This document shows, in pieces, positions 28,790 through 39,093 of a stretch of DNA of 60,677 nucleotides. Source of the DNA: an uncultured virus (IMG/VR IMGVR_UViG_3300027754_000050). Its lineage: Duplodnaviria > Heunggongvirae > Uroviricota > Caudoviricetes. Location: the IMG/VR virus record IMGVR_UViG_3300027754_000050, one strand, 5' to 3'. Positions within the stretch are counted from its first letter, which is position 1; every line of letters begins with the position of its first letter. The position numbers were made by a program, and so were the translations under genes. The notes beneath the pieces were generated by a model that did not search any database, was not told the origin of the DNA, and saw only the letters and a program-made list of their open reading frames with translations.

Positions 28790-29145
28790 CCTGAACTGTC
28801 AACTTCCCACTGCTTGCCACACACAGAGCATTCATGTAGTTTTAGACAGTTTCCTGTGTTTCGTACCCATTTCCAATCATGGACATGACCGCTGTCCTCT
28901 AATCTCACAAAACCGTGTCCATTACATTGACCGCAATGGCATCGAAAATGACTAAACAAGTGCCTGTTCTCTGGCGTGTTTTCCTTGTCTCGTAGATTGT
29001 AAGCGTTGAGCCTCAAATTCCAACCACCGTACCCATGACACTTTGGGCATTCGATTGGCGCCCATTCGGTAGGTTCTTGCTTCGCCCAGTCTATGAATGC
29101 GTCATGATCGGTAGGTTCGATGTATTTATTTTCCATTTTATTCAC
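28786..29145 (-). CDS. CxxCxGxG zinc-finger protein
   Basis: CPKCHGYGG, CGQCNGHG, CSVC. Confidence 0.75.
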   Translation of the reverse strand: MNKMENKYIEPTDHDAFIDWAKQEPTEWAPIECPKCHGYGGWNLRLNAYNLRDKENTPENRHLFSHFRCHCGQCNGHGFVRLEDSGHVHDWKWVRNTGNCLKLHECSVCGKQWEVDSSG

Positions 29146-29186
29146 TTATAGGGAGGATGCCTCTGCCTTATAAGGTACAATTAAAA

Positions 29187-29260
29187 TGTGCCCGGCTGGG
29201 CTCGAACCAGCGACCCTGGGATTAGAAATCCCATGCTCTATCCAACTGAGCTACGGGCAC
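29187..29260 (-). tRNA. tRNA-Arg(TCT)
   Basis: Cloverleaf GTGCCCG..TGGGA-TTTCTAA-TCCCA..GGTTCGAG..CGGGCAC-A; no encoded CCA. Confidence 0.95.
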
Positions 29261-29283
29261 AAGTTCCATCCATACGTCTCCGA

Positions 29284-29727
29284 TTACACAGATTTAAAAA
29301 GATATTCGTCGTTGCCGTGTTTCTCAAAAAAATCGTTTAAAAGTTGTTCGCCAGCATCGTCATCGCCATCAACTCTAGCCCAAGCATCGCCCTGCCGTGC
29401 TCCAATTTGAAGGCAATTGAAAAACACGTTCTCGCATTTGTTGCCAAATCTTTCCTCGATAAACATCTTTATTTCATCAAGCAACACTTCCTCGTCATAA
29501 GCATCGCCATTAGTATATGTCAGCGACGTAGGACAGATACTAATGTCAATAACAAAGGCATCTACCCCAACACAGTAGGGTTTTGTTAGAGGCTTTTCTT
29601 TTTCACTAAACGCATTGTTCAGAAACGCAGCCAACGCTTCCTGCTCCGTTCGATAAAGTTCTGTACGAAGATTATCAAACGCCACTGAATCTGCATAATA
29701 TGTTATCATAACCCTTTTCCTATCCAA
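29284..29727 (-). CDS. hypothetical protein
   Basis: 147 aa; start abuts the motif (alternative ATG at about 29709). Confidence 0.7.
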   Translation of the reverse strand: MDRKRVMITYYADSVAFDNLRTELYRTEQEALAAFLNNAFSEKEKPLTKPYCVGVDAFVIDISICPTSLTYTNGDAYDEEVLLDEIKMFIEERFGNKCENVFFNCLQIGARQGDAWARVDGDDDAGEQLLNDFFEKHGNDEYLFKSV

Positions 29728-29742
29728 TAAGGTACAATTAAA

Positions 29743-30453
29743 TTACCGTGCCCACTTCGGAGGAATAGAGTCTTGGTTAGAAGACTCACAATGCGTCTGT
29801 AATTGCGGTTTATACGAAAACGAGTCAGACGGTGGAATACTGGCTCCGTATTGATTCGTTGCTGCCCTAATTATTCGTATAACATCGATTGCGTCACTCA
29901 AACCATCATGTTGCACACACTCCTCCAAACCGCTTCTTGACTTGCAGTCTGAAAGACCGGGCAACGCATTGTCCTTCGACCAATCTGCGACTAAAATAGC
30001 TGGATCAAGTATGCGGCTACGGATTTTAACTTTAGACTTCCAGTTTGGAATGAGTGTTTCTAGCCAGACTTTATCGAACGCTGCAAAGTTTTTCCCAGCA
30101 GCATTTATGATAACTCTTTCTTCATCCGTTTCACATCCACACGATCTACACCAATCAGAAAAAACTACCGCCACATAAGATATATTTAAAATGTTATGTT
30201 TCTTTCGATAGTCAACTCGTTTTTCTTTTTTTGTTGTTTGTAAATTTGCAATGATCTCAATTAGTCTATGGTTCATATTGATTGCAAAAGCCGAACCAGT
30301 TATACAAGGATTCTCAACGATACAATTAAACTTTGGCAACTCAGAAATTGGGATGACATTATTTGTATCTTCTGCAACTGCACCAATTTGTAGAATTTGG
30401 CAAGTGTTGATGTCCAACCCAGTTGTCTCAAGATCAATTGAAATGTATTTCAT
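29743..30453 (-). CDS. DEDDh 3'-5' exonuclease
   Basis: IDLETTG, GKN..AFD, LDPA, HDGLSDA. Confidence 0.88.
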   Translation of the reverse strand: MKYISIDLETTGLDINTCQILQIGAVAEDTNNVIPISELPKFNCIVENPCITGSAFAINMNHRLIEIIANLQTTKKEKRVDYRKKHNILNISYVAVVFSDWCRSCGCETDEERVIINAAGKNFAAFDKVWLETLIPNWKSKVKIRSRILDPAILVADWSKDNALPGLSDCKSRSGLEECVQHDGLSDAIDVIRIIRAATNQYGASIPPSDSFSYKPQLQTHCESSNQDSIPPKWAR

Positions 30454-30475
30454 AATTTCTTCCTTGTATACCACC

Positions 30476-30511
30476 GTTCATCTGCGGCAGTTTATTCCAC
30501 CGCAGATGAAC
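30476..30511 (-). promoter_or_regulatory. Leader hairpin, 12-bp stem
   Basis: GTTCATCTGCGG / CCGCAGATGAAC directly after motif 30515 on the minus strand. Confidence 0.6.
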
Positions 30512-30527
30512 ATCCTATAAGGTACAA

Positions 30528-31607
30528 TTACATACTAATCGCCTTCTGCAAATGGTCGCCGTGCTTGTCGAACCATTTTTCACCGTTTGGCACAGTTACA
30601 ATCAGTTGCTTCAAATCTTCGCCGCCTTGAAGCAAGCAATACCGCATGAAGACCATCGCAGGCTCACCAGACATATTATTGATTGCCTGCCCGAAACAAT
30701 TATCAACTATTGACTTTGTGGCTTTTCCACGAAGCAGATGAATAGCGAGTGCCGATGCAACCGCATAGCTCAAGGTGACATTCTTGTTGTCTTGCTCAAA
30801 CTTTGACTTGCCCTCAATAATATCTAGGATATTGGGGATGCTACTGCATACCGCTTGATAAGCCATGAACTCGTTTGCCACAGGCCCAACAATCGAACGA
30901 ACATCACTAAGTTCCCGTTGGTCTGCCTTGAGGCGTTGAGAAACATAATACCATGAACGTGGACTCGGATTTGCACCTTCATCATCTAGGCTAGGCTGGA
31001 TGAGCATATCAGGCTTGAAGTTGATAAACCCGATAACATCTGGATGAACATCATGGGTAACAGCCCAGTTGCTCCAAGAGTCCATATCTGGCTCATAATG
31101 GTAGATCGCAAATCGCTGACGCAAAGCAGCAGAAATAGGATGAACATGAGCCTTGTCGCAACTCTTGTTTCCAGCAGCAACAATATACCAATCTCGTCCA
31201 AGCGTATGCGAACCAACCTTACGATCAAGTACAAGTTGCAGAGCTGGATTCTGTACGCTAGGAGGTGCAGTGTTGATTTCGTCTAGGAAGAGAATACCTT
31301 TCCCTTCAAACGGAATGAACTCTGGACGAACCCATTCTACCTGTGTTGGGTTGCCGTTCGCATCCTTTTTAATCACCGGCAGTCCACGCATATCAATAGA
31401 GTCTAGCGTGTTCAACCGAAGATCAATCATGGTATCGCCATCTTCAAGAGCATCATAAACTTGCTCGGACTTGCCGCTGCCAGGTGCACCAAAAATCATC
31501 ATTGGCAAACCTTGACCCTTACTCGTGCGAACCGCTCGACAGCGTCGGATTTCCTTGACAAGACTGCCGGTGATAGGATTCCCAGATTGAAGCAATTTCT
31601 CTGACAT
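30528..31607 (-). CDS. MoxR-like AAA+ ATPase
   Basis: GAPGSGKS, LFLDEIN, AAGN, AL..RF, PSPRSW. Confidence 0.9.
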   Translation of the reverse strand: MSEKLLQSGNPITGSLVKEIRRCRAVRTSKGQGLPMMIFGAPGSGKSEQVYDALEDGDTMIDLRLNTLDSIDMRGLPVIKKDANGNPTQVEWVRPEFIPFEGKGILFLDEINTAPPSVQNPALQLVLDRKVGSHTLGRDWYIVAAGNKSCDKAHVHPISAALRQRFAIYHYEPDMDSWSNWAVTHDVHPDVIGFINFKPDMLIQPSLDDEGANPSPRSWYYVSQRLKADQRELSDVRSIVGPVANEFMAYQAVCSSIPNILDIIEGKSKFEQDNKNVTLSYAVASALAIHLLRGKATKSIVDNCFGQAINNMSGEPAMVFMRYCLLQGGEDLKQLIVTVPNGEKWFDKHGDHLQKAISM

Positions 31608-31668
31608 TTTATTTTCCTTTAAGTTATTTTAGAAACAGGTTGAACACTCTATAAGGTACAATTAAATT

Positions 31669-32514
31669 TCAAACGCTCTCGACCAGTTGAGACCAATGTT
31701 CTTGCGGCACGGCATTGATTCCATGAGAATATAAGATATTGTCACGGTACTCGCCAGTTTCGGTAATTTCATAATCGAAATCACCAGCACCAGTTTTTAC
31801 CTTCTTTAATCTCGGTGTCCGATCTCTCTGAAAATAAAGACCTTCTAGAACCCCCTGCGTTCCAAAAACGCACAACGAAAAACCGTATTCAGGATTTGGG
31901 AGTGAGTCCAGAAGACTTTCTACAGTTTGTTTCGCCTCGGCAAAGGAACTAAAAACAGCAGCACAAACTTTGGGGTTATTCTTACCAATGGTATTTTTAA
32001 TGAAATCACTTCTTTCGGCAAATACTCGATCCTGTTCATATTCGTCATCCTCCGTTTCGGCATACTCCCAAGCCACGTCTTGATAGTTATCGTAAGAGGA
32101 ACGCCATGCGTTGTAATCTTGCAGTTCGTACCCACTAGCAGTTTTGACGACGTAGAACTCCCATCGCTGTGTTTCTTCCTTCTCTCGGTGGTAATGAAGA
32201 ACATCAATCACAGGCTTGAAAAGAATTTCTTTATTTTCATCGAAACCCTTCAAGAAAGCAAGAGCGGCATTGCCGAACCCTTGATTGCCTGCGTGGCGGC
32301 TCCCAGACTCATCAAGTCGTGCTTCAGCGGGTGCTTTCTGATAGCACGCTTCATGCCAACAAACAGGAGATCCGCCACCACTATTACTCCAGTCGAAGCC
32401 TCCGCTACAACCACCGTAGCCATCATAGGTTCCCTTACAGCCATTCAGCCGCACGTATTCGCTTGTGACTAATTCGTGCCCGCAACCTTTGCAGCACCAA
32501 GAAAACATACCCAT
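31669..32514 (-). CDS. hypothetical protein
   Basis: 281 aa; MG.FSW.C..C...YDGYG. Confidence 0.8.
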   Translation of the reverse strand: MGMFSWCCKGCGHELVTSEYVRLNGCKGTYDGYGGCSGGFDWSNSGGGSPVCWHEACYQKAPAEARLDESGSRHAGNQGFGNAALAFLKGFDENKEILFKPVIDVLHYHREKEETQRWEFYVVKTASGYELQDYNAWRSSYDNYQDVAWEYAETEDDEYEQDRVFAERSDFIKNTIGKNNPKVCAAVFSSFAEAKQTVESLLDSLPNPEYGFSLCVFGTQGVLEGLYFQRDRTPRLKKVKTGAGDFDYEITETGEYRDNILYSHGINAVPQEHWSQLVESV

Positions 32515-32572
32515 TTTAATTCCTATGTTAAGTTATCTGCTGGACACTCTATAAGGTACAATTAAATTCGGC

Positions 32573-33106
32573 TCAAAGACTCATCAAGTTCAAAGCACTC
32601 TGCCTATTGCATAATCTTTGTAAGGTTTTTGAAACTTCATCTTTTATTTGTTCAGTTGAAAGATCATCTACTTTTATGTTGCATGAAACTGCCGTTTGTA
32701 CAATATCAAGCCATTCTTGATCAATAGGTGTGAAATACTTGTTTTGAGAGATAATGTTATTGAGTACATCTGTTTTTTCGTATATCTTAAAGCACATTAT
32801 TTTTGGCATAGAAGATAAAGTTATATCATGGTGAACATCATTTTCATCTACTACCCAAGCATGACTGATTGGAAGTCCTATGCTGGTAACTACTATTCCT
32901 TCTGCATATCGTAGTTTATGCAAGTTCTGCATTACAATCCTTTGGGCATTTGCAAAGCATTGTTTAGCTTGTGGTCTAAAATTAGCAACTCTAATAGATT
33001 CTTTAATGTGTTTTGGATGGTGTTTATAAGGAACGGGACACCACCCATTCTTCATTAGCTTGTCAAATATATCGTTCATTACATTGCACCAAGAAAACAT
33101 ACCCAT
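32573..33106 (-). CDS. hypothetical protein with a possible Cys-His-Asp triad (CF.NA...Y.EG...HAW...D.T)
   Basis: 177 aa; first 7 codons identical to the neighbour's start. Confidence 0.65.
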   Translation of the reverse strand: MGMFSWCNVMNDIFDKLMKNGWCPVPYKHHPKHIKESIRVANFRPQAKQCFANAQRIVMQNLHKLRYAEGIVVTSIGLPISHAWVVDENDVHHDITLSSMPKIMCFKIYEKTDVLNNIISQNKYFTPIDQEWLDIVQTAVSCNIKVDDLSTEQIKDEVSKTLQRLCNRQSALNLMSL

Positions 33107-33141
33107 TTTAAGTTATCTGCTGGACACACTATAAGGTACAA

Positions 33142-33972
33142 TTAAATTCCTTTATCAGAACACACTACCTCATCAGCACTTGTATCGGGAGAAACAACAA
33201 CAACTTTTGGGACTCTATGCTTGACGATCTTATGATACTTTTTTGCCTTAAAATATCTTTTGATCCAATAGTTATTTGGGGCGGTCATTGCATGAACAAT
33301 CATAGAATTATGCAGGTAGCTGGATAGTTTTCCTCGCACCTTATTTTTCGCATAATTGTAGCACCAACATGGATTCATGGCGATAGTCTCTTCGCTCCAT
33401 TCCTTCCAATCATTGCAAAACCGATTAAGGTACTGCCGGTCTTCACCTCTATTCGTAGTATCCTCTTTGCAAGTGTCTGCTATTGCCCTTTCACCAGCAA
33501 GAAATCGTTCTCTAATAATACCTGAGTATTCAAAAGAATAGTGTCCATCGGTAGCAATAATGCTCTCGGCTTTTGTCCATCTTGCTTTTTCGAGCTTATA
33601 ACCTGCCGATGCGAAGTAATTCCAGACTAACCGCACACTAGGATTGTTCAGTAAAAACTGATCTTCCATTTTATCCCATTCAAAAATACCATTGTCGAGG
33701 GTTTTCTTATGGTTATTTTTGAGCCTAGTAATATATTTACAAATTGAATTCTTTAGGTCGATGTCTTCTTCACCTTCTGCCGCCTTTAAAATCATAGAAA
33801 ACATTAAGTCTTCTGCCTCTTTCCACCGACCTTTAACGCTGTCGGTAGCATAGGCTGTAAGCAAATCAATGTTATCCGCTTGAAGCAAAAACACTTCAAA
33901 CTCTGGAACTCTTTTCCCGCCTGCACAATAATTCATGTGTTGTGCCAGATTTTTCCAATGTTCAGCAAGCAT
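33142..33972 (-). CDS. divergent 26-aa repeat family protein
   Basis: GRW..AE..I repeats, L..YLHNSMI C-terminal module. Confidence 0.8.
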   Translation of the reverse strand: MLAEHWKNLAQHMNYCAGGKRVPEFEVFLLQADNIDLLTAYATDSVKGRWKEAEDLMFSMILKAAEGEEDIDLKNSICKYITRLKNNHKKTLDNGIFEWDKMEDQFLLNNPSVRLVWNYFASAGYKLEKARWTKAESIIATDGHYSFEYSGIIRERFLAGERAIADTCKEDTTNRGEDRQYLNRFCNDWKEWSEETIAMNPCWCYNYAKNKVRGKLSSYLHNSMIVHAMTAPNNYWIKRYFKAKKYHKIVKHRVPKVVVVSPDTSADEVVCSDKGI

Positions 33973-34017
33973 GGTATTTTCCTTGTTATTTGTTGTTGAC
34001 TACACTATAAGGTACAA

Positions 34018-34842
34018 TTAAAAACGATACTTCTTTGCCGAAAAATATACCTTCACATAATAGTCTTTTGGGTTTTTCATTGCATGAGCAATCATAGAGT
34101 TATGCAAAAACTTTGGCAGTTTGCCCTTGCACACATCTTTTGCAAACAGATAACTCCAACAACTACTTAAAGCAATAGTTTCCTCAGACCATTCACTCCA
34201 ATCATTGCAAAACTTAGTTGCGTAAAGATACGATGGCAAAGACTGTAAATTTGCAAACGGCAAATTCAATCTTCGGGCTTCCATATCACACTTTGCGATG
34301 CTAGGTTCTCCAAGAAGAAATCTTTCGTTCGTATCAAAAGCATAGTTGTAACTATGACTACTGTTTTTGGCAATGAAGGGTTCAATTTGTTCCCACCGAG
34401 ATGGATACATATTGCCATCTTCAATGGCTCCACGAACAACAAGCATCCAATAATTCCACGCATGTTTTTCGTTTAGAAAAAGATGCTCTGCTTCCCTCCA
34501 TCGACCTTTTACGATGAACCGAGCATAATCGCAAGCAGCGTTAATATTGTCACTGCTACCATCTCTTTCACACAATTCAATAATAGCGTCTTCTGCTTCA
34601 AGCCATCTTCCCTCTATAATATTTCTAGCATACGTTTTCATTGCCCGCACACTGCACTTGAGAATATATTTCTCAAAATCTGGATGGCGGTCTACGATAC
34701 GGAAAGTAGGCGACAACTTCGTGTACTCTCTACTCCATTGACTCCAGTATTGCGACAAGAGGAGTCCTATAGGATGGTTTATTCTACTTTCCTGAGTCCA
34801 GTTGCGAGATCGGACTCGGCTGTTATCTTGTGTCTTTTGCAT
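34018..34842 (-). CDS. divergent 26-aa repeat family protein
   Basis: YA..I..GRW.EAE repeats, GKLPKFLHNSMI. Confidence 0.8.
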   Translation of the reverse strand: MQKTQDNSRVRSRNWTQESRINHPIGLLLSQYWSQWSREYTKLSPTFRIVDRHPDFEKYILKCSVRAMKTYARNIIEGRWLEAEDAIIELCERDGSSDNINAACDYARFIVKGRWREAEHLFLNEKHAWNYWMLVVRGAIEDGNMYPSRWEQIEPFIAKNSSHSYNYAFDTNERFLLGEPSIAKCDMEARRLNLPFANLQSLPSYLYATKFCNDWSEWSEETIALSSCWSYLFAKDVCKGKLPKFLHNSMIAHAMKNPKDYYVKVYFSAKKYRF

Positions 34843-34871
34843 AACAAACCATAAGGTACAATTTTAATTTC

Positions 34872-36179
34872 CTACCCTTCGTATGGCACATTGACGCGAA
34901 CAACTTCTCCGAATGGAGGAACTACATTTGACGTTAAAACCCACAAGGTTTCAAATGGTGGTTTTTCGTCGCCAAAGTTACCCTCGCCATCCGTAAAAAA
35001 GCAACAATAATCTGGCCTGATCCGTTCACGAATCAAATGGTTGAAAACAGGAACGAAATCAGTTCCACCACCACCGCTAAGAGTTGGCAATTCTTCGTGC
35101 GGCATAATCCATTTGCTGCTATGCAGATCGGCATCACAAGCAATGAAATACACCTGTGCTTGAAACTTTTTCCGTATGTCTTCAAGTTCGCTCATAGCCT
35201 GTGTCAGATCAGTTTCGCTCATGCTTCCGCTTGTGTCAACAGCATACACAATTTTTGGAGATGCCGGGCCAACATTGCTTGGGAAAATAAAGTCTGCACC
35301 GAGAAACCTACGATTTGGGGTACTCCAACTTGTGTCTCGCTTTTCAACACGACTCACTCCGTAGCGTAACTTCTGTCGAAGTGCTGCCATCCAATCAATT
35401 TGTGGTCGAAGTAATTTTCTAATAGCCCGATCAAAATCGGCTGGCAACTTGCCCTGTGTTTTTGCAACAGCATACGCCTCTTGTGTTCCAGCCTTGACCC
35501 AATCAGATATGATTCTTTGAGCCTCTGCTTTTGTTTTGCCCGAAGTGTCTGGCAGAGGAACCCTACGCTCTCGACCAGTTACGCTACCATTACCGATAGC
35601 ATCATCATCCAAATCTTTCATATCATCATCATTGCTATCTTCATTTTCTTTTTCTTCATCCTTGATTTTCTCGTAGATAGATTCGGCACTCATACCCTCA
35701 TACTGTTCGTCAAGGCAACCACCCTCAATAAAGAATTCGGGGCTTTTTTCAAATTGATAATGAAGCAAAAGGTTGATCGCATAATCACAAGCCTTATTGA
35801 AAATATGGTGATCTCGCATTCCCTTACGGGAGGCGTGTTCAAAAGCGAAGTGACTAATCTCATGGGCTACAAGAAACAAGACTTTCTTGTAATAGAGTTT
35901 CCCATGATCTTGTCGCAGCTTTTCAAGAAAGTCCACATTAAAAAGAATATGTCCGGTCGCTGTAATTCCCGCAGTAGGAACCAATGTCTTGGTTAAAGAA
36001 AACGTGCATCTTTCGCTAATCACACCCCAAAAAGGAAACTCCAAAGAATACTTGCAGGTAATAACATCAATATCAGCACGAAACTTCTTAAAATCTTCTT
36101 GCTCAATTTGCAAAGATTTTAAGGCATCAGACACAACGCTGTTTTCTGACGATACTTTTGGGGCTTTAGTTCTTGGCAT
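34872..36179 (-). CDS. DUF2201-like metallopeptidase plus vWA domain protein
   Basis: HEISH, N.ACD.AIN, DTSGS MIDAS, GGGGTDF, FTDG. Confidence 0.88.
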   Translation of the reverse strand: MPRTKAPKVSSENSVVSDALKSLQIEQEDFKKFRADIDVITCKYSLEFPFWGVISERCTFSLTKTLVPTAGITATGHILFNVDFLEKLRQDHGKLYYKKVLFLVAHEISHFAFEHASRKGMRDHHIFNKACDYAINLLLHYQFEKSPEFFIEGGCLDEQYEGMSAESIYEKIKDEEKENEDSNDDDMKDLDDDAIGNGSVTGRERRVPLPDTSGKTKAEAQRIISDWVKAGTQEAYAVAKTQGKLPADFDRAIRKLLRPQIDWMAALRQKLRYGVSRVEKRDTSWSTPNRRFLGADFIFPSNVGPASPKIVYAVDTSGSMSETDLTQAMSELEDIRKKFQAQVYFIACDADLHSSKWIMPHEELPTLSGGGGTDFVPVFNHLIRERIRPDYCCFFTDGEGNFGDEKPPFETLWVLTSNVVPPFGEVVRVNVPYEG

Positions 36180-36225
36180 TTTTGTTTCTTTCTTTTAAGT
36201 TCACGATACACCGTATAAGGTACAA

Positions 36226-36675
36226 TTAAACCGGCACGGTCTGATGTCGTGGTGGCAGCTCAGTCCATTTAGATTTAATACAATCCTTGAGCATACCGTC
36301 TATGTGCTTCGATCCAAGCTGAAACATGAGCATAGCTCCCGTGCTTTTGGAATTCATTTTTTGGTTCAGCCTGCACATAGGTTGACCCATGCTTTTTAAG
36401 AGAGCAGTGCCCTCCGCCGAACGTGCTCCAGTATCTTGCAGTGTCTTGCCCGCAACCTTTTCGGCAGCGCGGACTAGCCCAGTGGCTAGACCTCTGCGAC
36501 GATACCTCTCCTCAATCCGAACAATCTCTAGCTTGCCGGGAGCCTTGTCGAAGGTGCAGAAGCCAACCACGTGCCCGTATTTGCCGTTGTGGCACACGCA
36601 CAATACGCAATCCGTTGAGCTAAGGTCGGAGATGTCCGCTTCCGCCCAGTAAAACTTTTCAATCTCTTGATTCAT
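36226..36675 (-). CDS. GNAT acetyltransferase
   Basis: YRRRGLAT acetyl-CoA-binding motif. Confidence 0.75.
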   Translation of the reverse strand: MNQEIEKFYWAEADISDLSSTDCVLCVCHNGKYGHVVGFCTFDKAPGKLEIVRIEERYRRRGLATGLVRAAEKVAGKTLQDTGARSAEGTALLKSMGQPMCRLNQKMNSKSTGAMLMFQLGSKHIDGMLKDCIKSKWTELPPRHQTVPV

Positions 36676-36719
36676 TTTAGTTTCTTTCTTTTAAGCTACA
36701 CACACCGTATAAGGTACAA

Positions 36720-37160
36720 TTAAAACCATTCCACCACATCTTTGGGTCTCACAGTTGTCATCTCAATGTCATGTTCTATACCTGCAATGGTCGCAAAATA
36801 CTCCTTCACCCACTCGTCGGAACTGTCCATTATACCAAATGCCAGCATTTTTCGGTGCATAATGTCTGGCAATCGTCCTTGGATTGCCCATCGTGAGTAA
36901 AAAAAAGACATTTCTGCACTCGTACTTATCGCAGCTTCGCCAAGCACGAATCGACCGCCGATTATCTCTACTGCATAATGGTAAGAATAATATGCACTCG
37001 TACTTATCGCAGCTTCACCAAGTTCCCATCGACACTGTTTTACAGCTATTGCATAGCAATAAGAAGCATCTGCTTCCCCACTGATAATCTGCTCCAGTGA
37101 TTCACGATCCTTATGGTTCTTGTCTTCACATAGTTTTCTATAAGCTTGTTCTGGATTCAT
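36720..37160 (-). CDS. 26-aa repeat family protein
   Basis: Tandem paralog. Confidence 0.85.
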   Translation of the reverse strand: MNPEQAYRKLCEDKNHKDRESLEQIISGEADASYCYAIAVKQCRWELGEAAISTSAYYSYHYAVEIIGGRFVLGEAAISTSAEMSFFYSRWAIQGRLPDIMHRKMLAFGIMDSSDEWVKEYFATIAGIEHDIEMTTVRPKDVVEWF

Positions 37161-37722
37161 TTTTAGTGTCCTTACGCTTTAAGGTACAAACTTTTCCAAA
37201 ATACTTCTTCACATCTTTGTCAGAACTGTCCGTTATACCAAATGCCAGCATTTTTCGGTGCATAATGTCTGGCAATCGTCCTTGTATTACATCTATTGCA
37301 TATAAATAAGACCATCTTGGGGCGGCTTGACTTATCGCGGCTTCGCCAAGTTCCCATCGTCCTTCGATTACATGTCGTGCATAGAAGTAAGACGATCTTG
37401 CTTCTTGACTTATCGCAGCTTCGCCAAGTTCGAATCGACCCTTGATTACATGATTTGCATAGTTAAAAGAAGTATATGCATCCTCGCTTATTGCAGCTTC
37501 ACCAAGTACGAATCGTTCGTGGATTACATATTTTGCATATTCACACGAATATTCTGCGTCCTTGCTTATGACATATTCACCAAGTACGAATCTTCCTTTG
37601 ATTACATGTTCTGCATAAAGACAAGAATATTCCGCACTTGTGCTAATAATCTGTTCTAGTGCGTCACGATCCTTATGATTAGGATCTTTATGCAATATAT
37701 CATATGCCCAATTTGGATTCAT
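37138..37722 (-). CDS. 26-aa repeat family protein
   Basis: Tandem paralog. Confidence 0.85.
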   Translation of the reverse strand: MNPNWAYDILHKDPNHKDRDALEQIISTSAEYSCLYAEHVIKGRFVLGEYVISKDAEYSCEYAKYVIHERFVLGEAAISEDAYTSFNYANHVIKGRFELGEAAISQEARSSYFYARHVIEGRWELGEAAISQAAPRWSYLYAIDVIQGRLPDIMHRKMLAFGITDSSDKDVKKYFGKVCTLKRKDTKNESRTSL

Positions 37723-38218
37723 TTTTAGTGTCCTTACGCTTTAAGGTACAATACTTTTTAGATCCTAGATACTTCTTCACATATTTGTCTGAACTGTCAA
37801 TTATACCAAATGCAATCATTTTATTGTGCATTACGGTTGGCAATCGTCCTTTGATCACATCTTTTGCGTAAATGTACAGCCATGCTGGACACTTCATTGC
37901 GAGTTCTTCTGTCCAATTTCTTCTGATAACATACTTTCCATACCAATATGAATAATATTCATATTTACATATTGTTTCTTCTGCAAGTTCGAATCGCCCA
38001 TGGATTACATTTCTTGCATAACCACAAGAATAACCTGCATTTTTGCTTATAGCAGCTTCGCCCAGTACGAATCGGCCTACCATACCCCGACGACAACATA
38101 CATTTCTTGCGTAAAGATAAGAATACTTAGAATGTGTGCTGATATCCCGCTCTAGATATTCCAGATTTTTATGGTTGTTGTTTTTTCGTAATGTTTTATA
38201 AGCTTGTTCTGGAGTCAT
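37700..38218 (-). CDS. 26-aa repeat family protein
   Basis: Tandem paralog. Confidence 0.85.
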   Translation of the reverse strand: MTPEQAYKTLRKNNNHKNLEYLERDISTHSKYSYLYARNVCCRRGMVGRFVLGEAAISKNAGYSCGYARNVIHGRFELAEETICKYEYYSYWYGKYVIRRNWTEELAMKCPAWLYIYAKDVIKGRLPTVMHNKMIAFGIIDSSDKYVKKYLGSKKYCTLKRKDTKNESKLGI

Positions 38219-38238
38219 TTTTAGTGCCCTTCCTTACA

Positions 38239-39093
38239 CTATAAGGTACAATACTTTTTAGATCCTAAATAACGCTTCACATATCTGTTCGAACTATCAA
38301 TCATACCAAAAACTAGCATTTTGTTGTGCATGGTTGTTGGTAGCCGTCCTTTGCTCACATCTTTTGCGTAGAGATAAAGCCATATAGGACACATCACGGC
38401 TAGTTCTTGCGTCCAATTTCCTCGGACCAAATCATTTGCATAAAAATTAGCATAAACTTCTTTTTTGCTTATCGCAGCTTCGCCAAGTTCGAATCGACCG
38501 CCTATTACTTCTTTTGCATAATAATAAGAAGCGTCGGCATCTTTGCTTATTGCATCTTCACCAAGTTCCCATCGCCCGCCTATTACCTCTTTTGCATACC
38601 ACTGGGACCATCTTGCTTTTTGACTTATCGCAGCTTCGCCAAGTATGAATCGTCCGCCTAATACATTTGTTGCATACTCATAAGAATGAATTGCGTCCTC
38701 GCTTATCACAGCTTCGCCAAGTTCGAATCTTCCTTCGATTACATGTTCTGCATAAAGACAAGAAACTAATGCATCCTCGCTTATTGCAGCTTCACCAAGT
38801 ACGAATCTTCCTTTGATTATATATCTTGCATACCAATAAGAATGTTCTGCATCCTTGCTGATAGCCTCTTCGCCAAGCATGAATCGACTTTCGATTGCAT
38901 ACTTTGCATACTGATAAGAATGCATTGTACTTTTGCTTATTGTAGCTTCGCCAAGTATGAATCTTCCTTGAACTACACTACTTGCATACTCCACAGAATA
39001 TTCTGCGTCCTCGCTTATAATGTGCTCCAGTGATTCACGATCCTTATGGTTCTGGTCTGCACATAATTTTTCAAACGCTTGATTTGGATTCAT
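38239..39093 (-). CDS. 26-aa repeat family protein (about 7 full repeats)
   Basis: Tandem paralog. Confidence 0.88.
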   Translation of the reverse strand: MNPNQAFEKLCADQNHKDRESLEHIISEDAEYSVEYASSVVQGRFILGEATISKSTMHSYQYAKYAIESRFMLGEEAISKDAEHSYWYARYIIKGRFVLGEAAISEDALVSCLYAEHVIEGRFELGEAVISEDAIHSYEYATNVLGGRFILGEAAISQKARWSQWYAKEVIGGRWELGEDAISKDADASYYYAKEVIGGRFELGEAAISKKEVYANFYANDLVRGNWTQELAVMCPIWLYLYAKDVSKGRLPTTMHNKMLVFGMIDSSNRYVKRYLGSKKYCTL

